In this document: positions 15,601-27,129 of the stretch, in pieces
Position numbering within the stretch: position 1 is the first letter of the stretch
Layout: each line of letters begins with the position of its first letter
From: Eledone cirrhosa
Taxonomy: Eukaryota
Reading direction: 5' to 3'
Assembly: GCA_964016885.1 (NCBI GenBank)
Contig: OZ024755.1
Span: 31,744,001 to 31,808,000, forward strand
Length of the DNA stretch: 64,000 nt
Made by a program: the position numbers and the translations under genes
The notes under the pieces: model-generated
The model's input: only the letters and a program-made list of their open reading frames with translations
Databases searched by the model: none
What the model was told of the DNA's origin: nothing

Positions 15601-18600
15601 AGGCTGCTGCATGTACTATAGTAACAATGACAGTGCTCCAGCCTGGTCGATACTATGAAGCTGCTACATGTACTATAGTAACAATGACAGTGCTCCAGCC
15701 TGGTCGATACTATGAAGCTGCTACATGTACTATAGTAACAATGAAAGTGCTCCAGCCTGGTCGATACTATGAGGCTGCTACATGTACTACAGTAACAATG
15801 ACAGTGCTCCAGCCTGGTCGATACTATGAGGCTGCTACATGTACTATAGTAACAATGACAGTGCTCCAGCCTGGTCGATACTATGAGGCTGCTACATGTA
15901 CTACAGTAACAATGACAGTGCTCCAGCCTGGTCGATACTATGAGGCTGCTACATGTACTACAGTAACAATGACAGTGCTCCAGCCTGGTCGATACTATGA
16001 GGCTGCTACATGTACTATAGTAACAATGACAGTGCTCCAGCCTGGTCGATACTATGAAGCTGCTACATGTACTATAGTAACAATGACAGTGCTCCAGCCT
16101 GGTCGATACTATGAGGCTGCTACATGTACTATAGTAACAATGAAAGTGCTCCTGCCTGGTCGATACTATGAAGCTGCTACATGTACTACAGTAACAATGA
16201 CAGTGCTCCAGCCTGGTCGATACTATGAAGCTGCTACATGTACTATAGTAACAATGACAGTGCTCCAGCCTGGTCTCAGCCTGGTACATGTACTACAGTA
16301 ACAATGAAAGTGCTCCTGCGTGGTCAGATACTATGAAGCTGCTACATGTACTACAGTAACAATGACAGTGCTCCAGCCTGGTCTCAGCCTGGTACATGTA
16401 CTATAGTAACAATGACAGTGCTCCAGCCTGGTCAGATACTATGAGGCTGCTACATGTACTATAGTAACAATGACAGTGCTCCAGCCTGGTCAGATACTAT
16501 GAGGCTGCTACATGTACTACAGTAACAATGACAGTGCTCCAGCCTGGTCGATACTATGAGGCTGCTACATGTACTACAGTAACAATGACAGTGCTCCAGC
16601 ATGGTCGATACTATGAGGCTGCTACATGTACTACAGTAACAATGACAGTGCTCCAGCATGGTCGATACTATGAGGCTGCTACATGTACTATAGTAACAAT
16701 GACAGTGCTCCAGCCTGGTCAGATACTATGAAGCTGCTACATGTACTATAGTAACAATGACAGTGCTCCAGCCTGGTCGATACTATGAGGCTGCTACATG
16801 TACTATAGTAACAATGAAAGTGCTCCTGCGTGGTCAGATACTATGAAGCTGCTACATGTACTATAGTAACAATGACAGTGCTCCAGCCTGGTCAGATACT
16901 ATGAGTACAGCAACTTAAGAATTTGATTCCATAAATTGTAAGAAAAAACTGGTCTTTTCACCTATTTTTGCTGTTATTTCAGAGAGGCAGGAGGAGCTTT
17001 CGGAAAATTAGAGGCAGCTCGAGAAGAAGAATTCTTCAGACGATTGGTAAGATTTGAGATTTTGATACTACCCTACCCCACCCCACCCTCTCTCTCTGTG
17101 AGGGTGACTTGGTGGTGAGGCTGATGGCTACATGATTGTGATGTCATGTGTTTGATTCCAGGACTATGAGGCTTACTGTGTCCTTTAAGCAAGACACTTT
17201 ATTTCACGTTTCTCCAGTCCACTCAGATGGAAAAATGAATTGTACCGCTAAAGGGTCAGCCTTGTCACATGCTGTGTTACAATATTCTTAGTCAAGGGCA
17301 CATGGCTTACTGGTTAGAGCATTGGCCTTGCAATCGAAAGGTTGTGAGTTCAGTTCTCAGATCGGGTGATGTGTTGTTTCCTTGAGCAAGACACTTTATT
17401 TCACATTGCTCCAGTTTACTCAGCTGTAGAAATGAGATGATAAGGACTGGGGTCTCTATCATTCCACTGCAAAGTGGTCGTGGAGGTGCCACGGCAAAAA
17501 AGCACCCAGCACTCACTGTAAATGAGGTTGGTGTTAGGAAGGGCATCCAGCTGTAGAAATCAAGCCAGAATCAGTTCCCGTCCCACCCTTACAAGCAAGG
17601 AAAAAGCGGACGTAAAATGAAATGATGATGATGAATGAAGGGCATCCATGCCTGTATGCCTAGGTACATGTGTGATTTTGTTACTTTCACATTCAATTCA
17701 ATTACATTAATGTACAGATGTCAAACAGATTATATTTAATAGTTTTGACACCAACACCACCTGAAACCACCCTTACTTTATATCATACAAAACTGTTTAT
17801 TCTAAAGGGTTTATATTTAGCTAATAACATTCTTTCATAATTTTATGTAAGGACCTTTTGCATTACTTTTCAAATACCGATTCAATTACGAAAAAGTTAT
17901 TTTACTATATCACTCCAAATTCTTGAATATTTAGAATATTAATGGAAAATCATAGTGTCTTTCCTTAGAAATATGGTAATGAAAGGGTTAATGACAGACG
18001 GTGTCTTTCATTAGAAGTATGGTAATGAAAGGGTTAATGACATAGGCAGTGTCTTTCATTAGAAGTATGGTAATGAAAGGGTTAATGACATAGGCAGTGT
18101 CTTTCATTAGAAGTATGGTAATGAAAGGGTTAATGACATAGGCAGTGTCTTTCATTAGAAGTATGGTAATGAAAGGGTTAATGACATAGGCAGTGTCTTT
18201 CATTAGAAATATGGTAATGAAAGGGTTAATGACATAGGTAGTGTCTTTCATTAGAAGTATGGTAATGAAAGGGTTAATGACATAGGCAGTGTCTTTCATT
18301 AGAAATATGGTAATGAAAGGGTTAATGACATAGGTAGTGTCTTTCATTAGAAGTATGGTAATGAAAGGGTTAATGACATAGGCAGTGTCTTTCATTAGAA
18401 ATATGGTAGTGAAAGGGTTAATGACAGAGACAGTGTCTTTCATTAGAAGTATGGTAATGAAAGGGTTAATGACATAGGCAGTGTCTTTCATTAGAAGTAT
18501 GGTAATGAAAGGGTTAATGACGTAGACAGTGTCTTTCATTAGAAGTATGGTAATGAAAGGGTTAATGACAGAGACAGTGTCTTTCATTAGAAATATGGTA

Positions 18601-21600
18601 ATGAAAGGGTTAATGACATAGGTAGTGTCTTTCATTAGAAGTATGGTAATGAAAGGGTTAATGACAGTGTCTTTCATTAGAAGTATGGTAATGAAAGGGT
18701 TAATGACATAGGCAGTGTCTTTCATTAGAAGTATGGTAATGAAAGGGTTAATGACATAGGCAGTGTCTTTCATTAGAAGTATGGTAATGAAAGGGTTAAT
18801 GACATAGGCAGTGTCTTTCATTAGAAGTATGGTAATGAAAGGGTTAATGACATAGGCAGTGTCTTTCATTAGAAATATGGTAATGAAAGGGTTAATGACA
18901 TAGGTAGTGTCTTTCATTAGAAGTATGGTAATGAAAGGGTTAATGACATAGGCAGTGTCTTTCATTAGAAATATGGTAATGAAAGGGTTAATGACATAGG
19001 CAGTGTCTTTCATTAGAAGTATGGTAATGAAAGGGTTAATGACATAGGCAGTGTCTTTCATTAGAAATATGGTAATGAAAGGGTTAATGACAGAGACAGT
19101 GTCTTTCATTAGAAATATGGTAATGAAAGGGTTAATGACATAGGCAGTGTCTTTCATTAGAAGTATGGTAATGAAAGGGTTAATGACATAGGCAGTGTCT
19201 TTCATTAGAAATATGGTAGTGAAAGGGTTAATGACAGAGACAGTGTCTTTCATTAGAAGTATGGTAATGAAAGGGTTAAGGTAAATAAATGTCAAACATG
19301 TTAATGAGAGCTGCACTGTTGTTATTTAGGTGGCATTTTGTTGTTATTTCTGAGGTTGAGATATCTCATTAACCTGTTTGTGACCATATCTCTAATGAAA
19401 TAGTCTCTATTTCTATTGAATAATGAACAATTTTGAGGGATTTATTAAGATTATTAATTATTCTAGTAATAAGATAATTCTTCATGTAAAATTATGTTGG
19501 AAGATTTTAATTTAAATGGGAAACTGTGACTATATTTCTAATGAAAATCTGTTTCAATTAATGATGAATTTTAAAGGATTTATGAAAATTCTAAATTATT
19601 TCATTACTAAGATAACTTAACATATGATTCTTATAAAATTATGCTGGAAGAGACTAGGTCCCCTAACTCATCTAGACTTAAATACTGACAGCCTTTCCAA
19701 CCCATGCCAGCATGGAAAAAGGATATAAAATTATGATCATAATATATGCTTTGTTTCCTTTTTCCTTCTGTGAAAAAAAAAAAACTAAACAAAAACTGTT
19801 TATCTTTTCTAGGAAAAACAACAGCTTTCTATGTTAAAGAAACAAATCCATGAAGACATTGAATTTCATGAGAGCCAAATTAAGATACATGAGGTAAAGA
19901 AAGTCATTTTATCTGCATTTTTGTTTTGTTTTTATTAGTTTTATTATTAAAACACCCAAGAAATCTCTTATTAGATACAACATAGGAGGCCAGCTAAACC
20001 TACAGAGGCAGGGGGCCAGCTAAACCTACAGGCAGGGGGCCAGCTAAACCTACAGAGGCAGGGGGCCAGCTAAACCTACAGAGGCAGGGGCCAGCTAAAC
20101 CTACAGAGGCAGGAGGCCAGCTAAACCTACAGAGGCAGGAGGCCAGCTAAACCTACAGAGGCAGGAGGCCAGCTAAACCTACAGAGGCAGGAGGCCAGCT
20201 AAACCTACAGAGGCAGGGGGCCAGCTAAACCTACAGAGGCAGGGGGCCAGCTAAACCTACAGAGGCAGGGGCCAGCTAAACCTACAGAGGCAGGAGGCCA
20301 GCTAAACCTAGAGAGGCAGGGGGCCAGCTAAACCTAGAGAGGCAGGGGGCCAGCCGAACCTACAGAGGCAGGGGGCCATCTAAACCTATAGAGGCAGGAG
20401 GCCAGCTAAACCTACAGAGGCAGGAGGCCAGCTAAACCTACAGAGGCAGGGTGCCAGCTAAACCTACAGAGGCAGGGTGCCAGCTAAACCTACAGAGGCA
20501 GGGTGCCAGCTAAACCTACAGAGGCAGGGTGCCAGCTAAACCTACAGAGGCAGGGTGCCAGCTAAACCTACAGAGGCAGGGTGCCAGCTAAACCAACACA
20601 GGCCTGAGCTGTATCAACAACAGTATGATAAGACGGGATCCTATCATTAAAACACCCCTTTCACCTGCAATCTTGTATGAGGGCAGCTCAATGTACACTG
20701 AAAAGTCAGGTACTGATCTGTCTAAACTTTGCTAGCAGTGAAATGAGGATGATGATGATCTTCACATAAAATAAACACTGATACATGTTTTTATATAAGG
20801 GTCTTGAATATACCTGGCATTTGAATAAAACGTGGGAGGTAGGTTGGGGGACCAGTTGACTGCGTAAGATGTGGGCTCACTGTATTTTAAATTCTCCTGT
20901 GCTGATACTATTGCTGTAATATGTTTTAAGGTATCATCACTAACTTTTAGAGCTTCATTTCCTCCTCCATCATATTTAGCCATGTCTTTCTTGGTCTGCC
21001 GCTTCCTCTACTTCCTTCCACATTCATTTCCATCATTCCTCAACAGATGACCTAGCCATCTCATTCCAGTTCTCTTTATAACATTCGTCACTGATTCTAT
21101 TCCTCACACCCAGTCACTTCCGCCCGTCTTCAACACATGACCCAACCATCTTATTCCAGGTCTCTTCACAAGATTCATCATTAATTCTATTTCCATCATC
21201 CTCTACAATTTATTGTCAGTCATCCTCTCTCTCTCTCAGCAATACTCCATAGGGCCATTCTCTCCAGCTAACTTTCTCTCTTGCTCTGCATTCATCACCC
21301 ATGTCTCACTCCCATAAATCATGGCATTTCTCACACATCCACCATACACTTTCCCCTTCAACATTGGCAACTCTCTCCTCTTCGTTAACATGTTACTCAT
21401 GCTACTCTTCGTTAACATGCCACACTCTCCTCTTCGTTAACATGCTACTCAGTAAATTAAGGATAATGATGATACACAGCAAAAAAAAAAAGCTAACATT
21501 TTCTTACTGGTTTCAGTCAATTGACAAAACTGATGCCATGCTGGAGCACTGATTCAGTCATTTACATTAACACTGGTATTAATTTTATCGATCACTTTTT

Positions 21601-24600
21601 GTTGAACTGTTGCTTTACTGGACATTAAAACACAGTATGTGCCATACCATACCATTTTGTGCCCTCCCATGCCATACCATCTTGTGCCAGACCATACCAT
21701 TTTGTGCCCTCCCATGCCATACCATCTTGTGCCCTCCCATGCCATGCTGTAATGTGCCGTTGGATAGAATACTTTGTGGTATTCGTTTTAACTCTGCTCT
21801 CTCAGTTCAAATCCCACCGAGGTCAACTTTGCCTTTCAACCTTTTGAGGTTGATAAAAAAAGTACCAGTCTAGTACTGGGTTGATTCTTCCTCTATATTT
21901 CTTTTTCATTTCTTCTCTCTCACTCTCTCTATCCTTCTCTGAAAGAAATCTGCTGTACTCAGACCTGGAGAGGAGATGGGGTCTGCCAGGTTTAATAACA
22001 TACCCTAGAAACGCTGTGTATCAATACAGTGCCCCTAAGACTTCCCCAGGAGTTACAGGACCATGCCATGTATCAATACAGTGCCCCTAAGACTTCCCCA
22101 AAAGTTACAGGACCATGCCATGTATCAATACAGTGCCCCTAAGACTCCCCAAGGAGTTACAGGACCATGCCATGTATCAATACAGTGCCCCTAAGACTCC
22201 CCCAAAAGTTACAGGACCATGCCATGTATCAATACAGTGCCCCTAAGACTTCCCCAGGAGTTACAGGACCATGCCATGTATCAATACAGTGCCCCTAAGA
22301 CTTCCCCAGGAGTTACAGGACCATGCCATGTATCAATACAGTGCCCCTAAGACTCCCTAGGAGTTACAGGACCATGCCATGTATCAATACAGTGCCCCTA
22401 AGACTCCCCCAAGAGTTACAGGACCATGCCATGTATCAATACAGTGCCCCTAAGACTCCCTAAGGAGTTACAGGACCATGCCATGTATCAATACAGTGCC
22501 CCTAAGACTCCCCCAAGAGTTACAGGACCATGCCATGTATCAATACAGTGCCCCTAAGACTCCCTAAGGAGTTACAGGACCATGCCATGTATCAATACAG
22601 TGCCCCTAAGACTCCCCCAAGAGTTACAGGACCATGCCATGTATCAATACAGTGCCCCTAAGACTCCCTAAGGAGTTACAGGACCATGCCATGTATCAAT
22701 ACAGTGCCCCTAAGACTCCCCCAAGAGTTACAGGACCATGCCATGTATCAATACAGTGCCCCTAAGACTCCCTAAGGAGTTACAGGACCATGCCATGTAT
22801 CAATACAGTGCCCCTAAGACTCCCCCAAGAGTTACAGGACCATGCCATGTATCAATACAGTGCCCCTAAGACTCCCTAAGGAGTTACAGGACCATGCCAT
22901 GTATCAATACAGTGCCCCTAAGACTCCCCCAAGAGTTACAGGACCATGCCATGTATCAATACAGTGCCCCTAAGACTCCCCCAAGAGTTACAGGACCATG
23001 CCATGTATCAATACAGTGCCCCTAAGACTCCCTAAGGAGTTACAGGACCATGCCATGTATCAATACAGTGCCCCTAAGACTCCCCCAAGAGTTACAGGAC
23101 CATGCCATGTATCAATACAGTGCCCCTAAGACTCCCTAAGGAGTTACAGGACCATGCCATGTATCAATACAGTGCCCCTAAGACTCCCCCAAGAGTTACA
23201 GGACCATGCCATGTATCAATACAGTGCCCCTAAGACTCCCTAAGGAGTTACAGGACCATGCCATGTATCAATACAGTGCCCCTAAGACTCCCCCAAGAGT
23301 TACAGGACCATGCCATGTATCAATACAGTGCCCCTAAGACTCCCCCAAGAGTTACAGGACCATGCCATGTATCAATACAGTGCCCCTAAGACTCCCTAAG
23401 GAGTTACAGGACCATGCCATGTATCAATACAGTGCCCCTAAGACTCCCCCAAGAGTTACAGGACCATGCCATGTATCAATACAGTGCCCCTAAGACTCCC
23501 CCAAGAGTTACAGGACCATGCCATGTATCAATACAGTGCCCCTAAGACTCCCTAAGGAGTTACAGGACCATGCCATGTATCAATACAGTGCCCCTAAGAC
23601 TCCCCCAAGAGTTACAGGACCATGCCATGTATCAATACAGTGCCCCTAAGACTCCCTAAGGAGTTACAGGACCATGCCATGTATCAATACAGTGCCCCTA
23701 AGACTCCCCCAAGAGTTACAGGACCATGCCATGTATCAATACAGTGCCCCTAAGACTCCCCCAAGAGTTACAGGACCATGCCATGTATCAATACAGTGCC
23801 CCTAAGACTCCCTAAGGAGTTACAGGACCATGCCATGTATCAATACAGTGCCCCTAAGACTCCCCCAAGAGTTACAGGACCATGCCATGTATCAATACAG
23901 TGCCCCAAAGACTCCCTAAGGAGTTACAGGACCATGCCATGTATCAATACAGTGCCCCTAAGACTCCCCCAAGAGTTACAGGACCATGCCATGTATCAAT
24001 ACAGTGCCCCTAAGACTCCCCCAAGAGTTACAGGACCATGCCATGTATCAATACAGTGCCCCTAAGACTTCCCCAGGAGTTACAGGACCATGCCATGTAT
24101 CAATACAGTGCCCCTAAGACTTCCCCAGGAGTTACAGGACCATGCCATGTATCAATACAGTGCCCCTAAGACTCCCTAGGAGTTACAGGACCATGCCATG
24201 TATCAATACAGTGCCCCTAAGACTCCCCCAAGAGTTACAGGACCATGCCATGTATCAATACAGTGCCCCTAAGACTCCCTAAGGAGTTACAGGACCATGC
24301 CATGTATCAATACAGTGCCCCTAAGACTCCCCCAAGAGTTACAGGACCATGCCATGTATCAATACAGTGCCCCTAAGACTCCCTAAGGAGTTACAGGACC
24401 ATGCCATGTATCAATACAGTGCCCCTAAGACTCCCCCAAGAGTTACAGGACCATGCCATGTATCAATACAGTGCCCCTAAGACTCCCCCAAGAGTTACAG
24501 GACCATGCCATGTATCAATACAGTGCCCCTAAGACTCCCCCAAGAGTTACAGGACCATGCCATGTATCAATACAGTGCCCCTAAGACTCCCCCAAGAGTT

Positions 24601-25087
24601 ACAGGACCATGCCATGTATCAATACAGTGCCCCTAAGACTCCCCCAAGAGTTACAGGACCATGCCATGTATCAATACAGTGCCCCTAAGACTCCCTAAGG
24701 AGTTACAGGACCATGCCATGTATCAATACAGTGCCCCTAAGACTCCCCCAAGAGTTACAGGACCATGCCATGTATCAATACAGTGCCCCTAAGACTCCCC
24801 CAAGAGTTACAGGACCATGCCATGTATCAATACAGTGCCCCTAAGACTCCCTAAGGAGTTACAGGACCATGCCATGTATCAATACAGTGCCCCTAAGACT
24901 CCCCCAGGAATTACAGGACCATGCCATGTATCAATACAGTGCCCCTAAGACTCCCCCAGGAGTTGCGGGACCTTGTATACATTATGTAATTATTAAAAAT
25001 AAATAAATTCATTTTTATTTTTGTAATTTATTTCAGGAAGCGATTAAACGACACAAGAAGAAGGTGAAATCGATGAAAGATGACTGA
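2979..25087 (+). CDS. ATP5IF1: Mitochondrial ATP synthase inhibitory factor 1 (IF1), 6 coding exons: join(2979..3019,7835..7877,9111..9136,16983..17046,19813..19893,25037..25087), 101 aa
   Basis: All introns GT-AG with consistent phases (2,0,2,0,0); 306 nt. Translation MASRRLCNIIRLTGARYFSAEPGSGSGKGGGAGGSIKEAGGAFGKLEAAREEEFFRRLEKQQLSMLKKQIHEDIEFHESQIKIHEEAIKRHKKKVKSMKDD* has the IF1 hallmark GGSIxEAGGAFGKxEAAxEExFF, a His-containing coiled coil and a basic presequence with an R-3 (RYF|S) motif. Confidence 0.95.
5483..7314 (+). mobile_element. Penelope-like element, N-terminal part, interrupted by a SINE and truncated at the start of the RT
   Basis: IRFLKHC, LLPKFA...ELEKCFTKIRW, pre-RT CLPMDKSGK (DKG-type motif) and PPLYGLRKDH (PLE RT-1 type); Asn-rich insert; SINE at about 6225-6400. 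Confidence 0.75.
6225..6400 (-). mobile_element. SINE family B copy inside the Penelope-like ORF
   Basis: Reverse complement of family B. Other + copies near 1343, 4020, 4490, 8370, 21760, 29470, 47372, 52540. Confidence 0.8.
7835..7877 (+). CDS. ATP5IF1: IF1 exon 2 (ARYFSAEPGSGSGK)
   Basis: Polypyrimidine tract + tttcag acceptor, AAG|gtaatt donor. Confidence 0.9.
8085..8360. repeat. 44-bp minisatellite, about 6 copies
   Basis: GTAGACTGTGTTTTATTGTGGTACCAACACTACCACCTCACRCA. Confidence 0.9.
9111..9136 (+). CDS. ATP5IF1: IF1 exon 3, 26-nt microexon (GGGAGGSI-K)
   Basis: tttcag acceptor, AA|gtgagt donor, conserved GGGxGGSI of invertebrate IF1. Confidence 0.9.
9490..10595 (-). mobile_element. 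RTE-like LINE fragment (APE endonuclease region)
   Basis: GVGIMV, IISACVPQAG, IIAGDF, GEECTSQHNLVVSD, with frameshifts. Confidence 0.8.
10600..11635 (+). mobile_element. RTE-like LINE fragment (RT region), separate copy
   Basis: NHRGIKL, LAFVDLEKAFDRV, GVHQGS, YAD remnants with stops. Confidence 0.8.
11825..16905. repeat. 57/58-bp satellite array, about 88 copies, IF1 intron 3
   Basis: GATACTATGAGGCTGCTACATGTACTATAGTAACAATGACAGTGCTCCAGCCTGGTC(A). Confidence 0.97.
16983..17046 (+). CDS. ATP5IF1: IF1 exon 4 (EAGGAFGKLEAAREEEFFRRL, inhibitory helix)
   Basis: tttcag acceptor, TTG|gtaaga donor, IF1 signature sequence. Confidence 0.96.
17300..17635 (+). mobile_element. tRNA-derived SINE family A (RTE-type tail)
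   Basis: A-box-like TGGCTTACTGGTTAGAGC, B-box-like GAGTTCAGTTCTC, (GAT)n tail; near-identical copies elsewhere. Confidence 0.85.
17953..19279. repeat. 48-bp satellite array 1, about 27 copies
   Basis: TTAATGACATAGGCAGTGTCTTTCATTAGAARTATGGTAATGAAAGGG. Confidence 0.97.
19813..19893 (+). CDS. ATP5IF1: IF1 exon 5 (EKQQLSMLKKQIHEDIEFHESQIKIHE)
   Basis: ttctag acceptor, GAG|gtaaag donor; aligns to QLAALKKHHENEISHH of bovine IF1. Confidence 0.93.
19985..20594. repeat. 26-bp minisatellite, about 23 copies
   Basis: GCAGGRGGCCAGCTAAACCTACAGAG. Confidence 0.95.
20970..21390 (-). mobile_element. RTE-like LINE 3' fragment
   Basis: KGKVYGGCVRNAMIYGSETW remnant. Confidence 0.65.
22017..24972. repeat. 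52-bp satellite array, about 57 copies, alternating variants
   Basis: TCAATACAGTGCCCCTAAGACTCCC(CCAAG/TAAGG)AGTTACAGGACCATGCCATGTA. Confidence 0.97.
25037..25087 (+). CDS. ATP5IF1: IF1 exon 6 (EAIKRHKKKVKSMKDD*)
   Basis: tttcag acceptor, conserved IxRHK, TGA stop. Confidence 0.92.
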   Translation, partial: EAIKRHKKKVKSMKDD

Positions 25088-25220
25088 GAGATGTTCTGGA
25101 ATAGTAGCTTATCCTGAGTATTTAGTTTCCAGTGGAAGGTAACATCTCTGTTTCCAGGGGAGTTCTCACATCTTTTCTGGGGATTCCTTCTTCTCTCCTT
25201 TAAATATCTACAGAATAACA

Positions 25221-25226
25221 AATAAA
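25221..25226 (+). promoter_or_regulatory. Candidate polyadenylation signal of IF1
   Basis: AATAAA about 135 nt after the stop, followed by a T-rich tract. Confidence 0.55.
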
Positions 25227-26109
25227 TACTTTTCTTTTTATTATTGTTATCTTTGTTTTTGGAGTTGGATAGCTCTTATTCCTTTATTTGTTTGTCATTA
25301 GACAGAGGCCATACTGGGGCATCACCTTGAAAGGATATATCGACTTATTTTATCAAATATCTGTTTTCTTGAACTATTAAGTGTCAGTGATCTACATGAT
25401 AAACACACCCAGTACACTCTGTAAAATGGTTGGTGATAGGTAGGGTATGCAGCCATAGCTTGCCAAATAAAAGGTTGAGTGGACACTTTAGTCTTGTCAA
25501 AGATATGACAACCTCTCTAGAGCTGGTGCCATGATAAAGTGCACTCAGTAGAATGTGGGACTGTGAGATGTGGACCCTTTGCTTGTCGGAATCAATCTTT
25601 AAAGTTCTGTCCAGCCCGTGCTAGCAGGAAAAGCAAAAGTTAAATGATGCTGATTCATTTTTCTTCCATAACAAATGTTGGCTGTCTAACTTCTAGTTAT
25701 TTGAAGTTGAAGAGTAAATCAGAGATGAGTAATTCTCTTTTTACCATATCTTGTGGCTTTAAAATATCTGACTATAATAAACCCCTGTCAGTTCTTTATA
25801 CCACTTCTGACTATTTTATTTTCCAAATATAAGTATAATCTTTATTCAGCATTATACTTTACTAAGTCCTCATGTCTTATTCCTGTAACTGAGTATTAGC
25901 CATGCACTAGCTTTTTCTTCTCTAATTCTGTATAAAGGAGAAGAAAAACTTTGTGGGTGAGACATGTGTATAGAACAATAACAGCACAGTTCCCAATACT
26001 GATGCTGAATAGGACGGTACATGGAAGGAAGTGTTAATATATGAGTGGACTAACAGGAAAGAAGACTTTGTATGTAGATGTTCAGGGTTAATGATGGTAA
26101 TAGTGACAA

Positions 26110-26710
26110 TGACATCTTTTCTAGAAAGGATCCATAGAAGTGGTTGATAGCTTCTGCTATCTTGGTGATTTAATTAACCATGGAGGAGGGTGCTGTGAGA
26201 GCATAGGGCTTAGAATAATGATAGGATTGAAGAAGCTTATGGAACTACTATCTCTGTTGACAACAGAAGGTTTCTCTCTCTGAGTGAAAGGCCGGCTGTA
26301 TGTTAACCAGCATGCAAAGTGTTATTCCGCATGGCTCTGAAACATGGTTAGTGACTGCAAAGATATGAACAGATTGGAGAGAAATGAAGCAAGCAAGCTT
26401 CAATGGATATGTAAGTAAATGCAAGAGAAAGGCAGTCTTTGGATGAACTGAGAGAAAAAAGGGTTATAAGAGGAATCAGAAGTAGTGTGCAAGAGAGAAG
26501 ACTTAGTATGGACATGGATGATGATTGCTAGGTGAGGAAGTGCCAAGTAATCCCAATGAAAGGAAGACTTGGGCAGAGGTAGTGAGAGCTGATTTCAAAT
26601 TTGAAAGTCACTGGAAATGATGAAGAACCACGACATGTGGAGAGATGCTGTGCTGAAAAAGATCTGTCTGACCCATGCAAGCATGGAAAAACACTTGTAA
26701 AATTGATGTC
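26110..26710 (+). mobile_element. RTE-like LINE 3' fragment
   Basis: VDSFCYLGD, HGSETW, LERNEAS remnants; similar to 53930-54400. Confidence 0.7.
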
Positions 26711-27129
26711 ATTAACGTGGAAAGCGAAATAACCATTGAAAAATGCTGAAAACAACTTAGAAAAAATTTAAATCAAAATCAAAGTTTTATCCCAAAGAGA
26801 GGAAATTGGAACATTACCCACTGAAGGTTCCTTAAACCCTGATGAAGAGACTTTTAGGTCTCAAAATATTGGACAGATAAAAGAACAACAAAACAGATTA
26901 CCAGGTAACTTTTACTTTTCATGACCTCATCTTAGTGTTCATTTTGCATTGTTTAGCCTTCTATCTCTTTCAATGTTATAATTTTAAAATTGATGAGGAT
27001 GTTGCTGAATGCGGAGAATACTCCAAGGGGACCAACCATCAAAATATGGTATATTACGATAAAGGTAAAGAAGGCAGCTGAGATGATTAAATTATTTGGT
27101 AGCAGGACACAGGCTTGTCATTCACATAA

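Noticed and set aside
11825-16905. CRISPR-like array or repeat protein (RYYEAATCTIVTMTVLQPG)n
   Set aside because: No unique spacers; 57/58-bp units shift frame at random; lies in an intron of a eukaryotic gene
17300-17380. tRNA genes at SINE heads
   Set aside because: A/B boxes present but no complete cloverleaf; they continue into SINE bodies
17988-19316. 442-aa hydrophobic repeat ORF (also 57865-60869)
   Set aside because: Translation of the 48-bp satellite; array 2 has frameshifting units; no unique coding flanks
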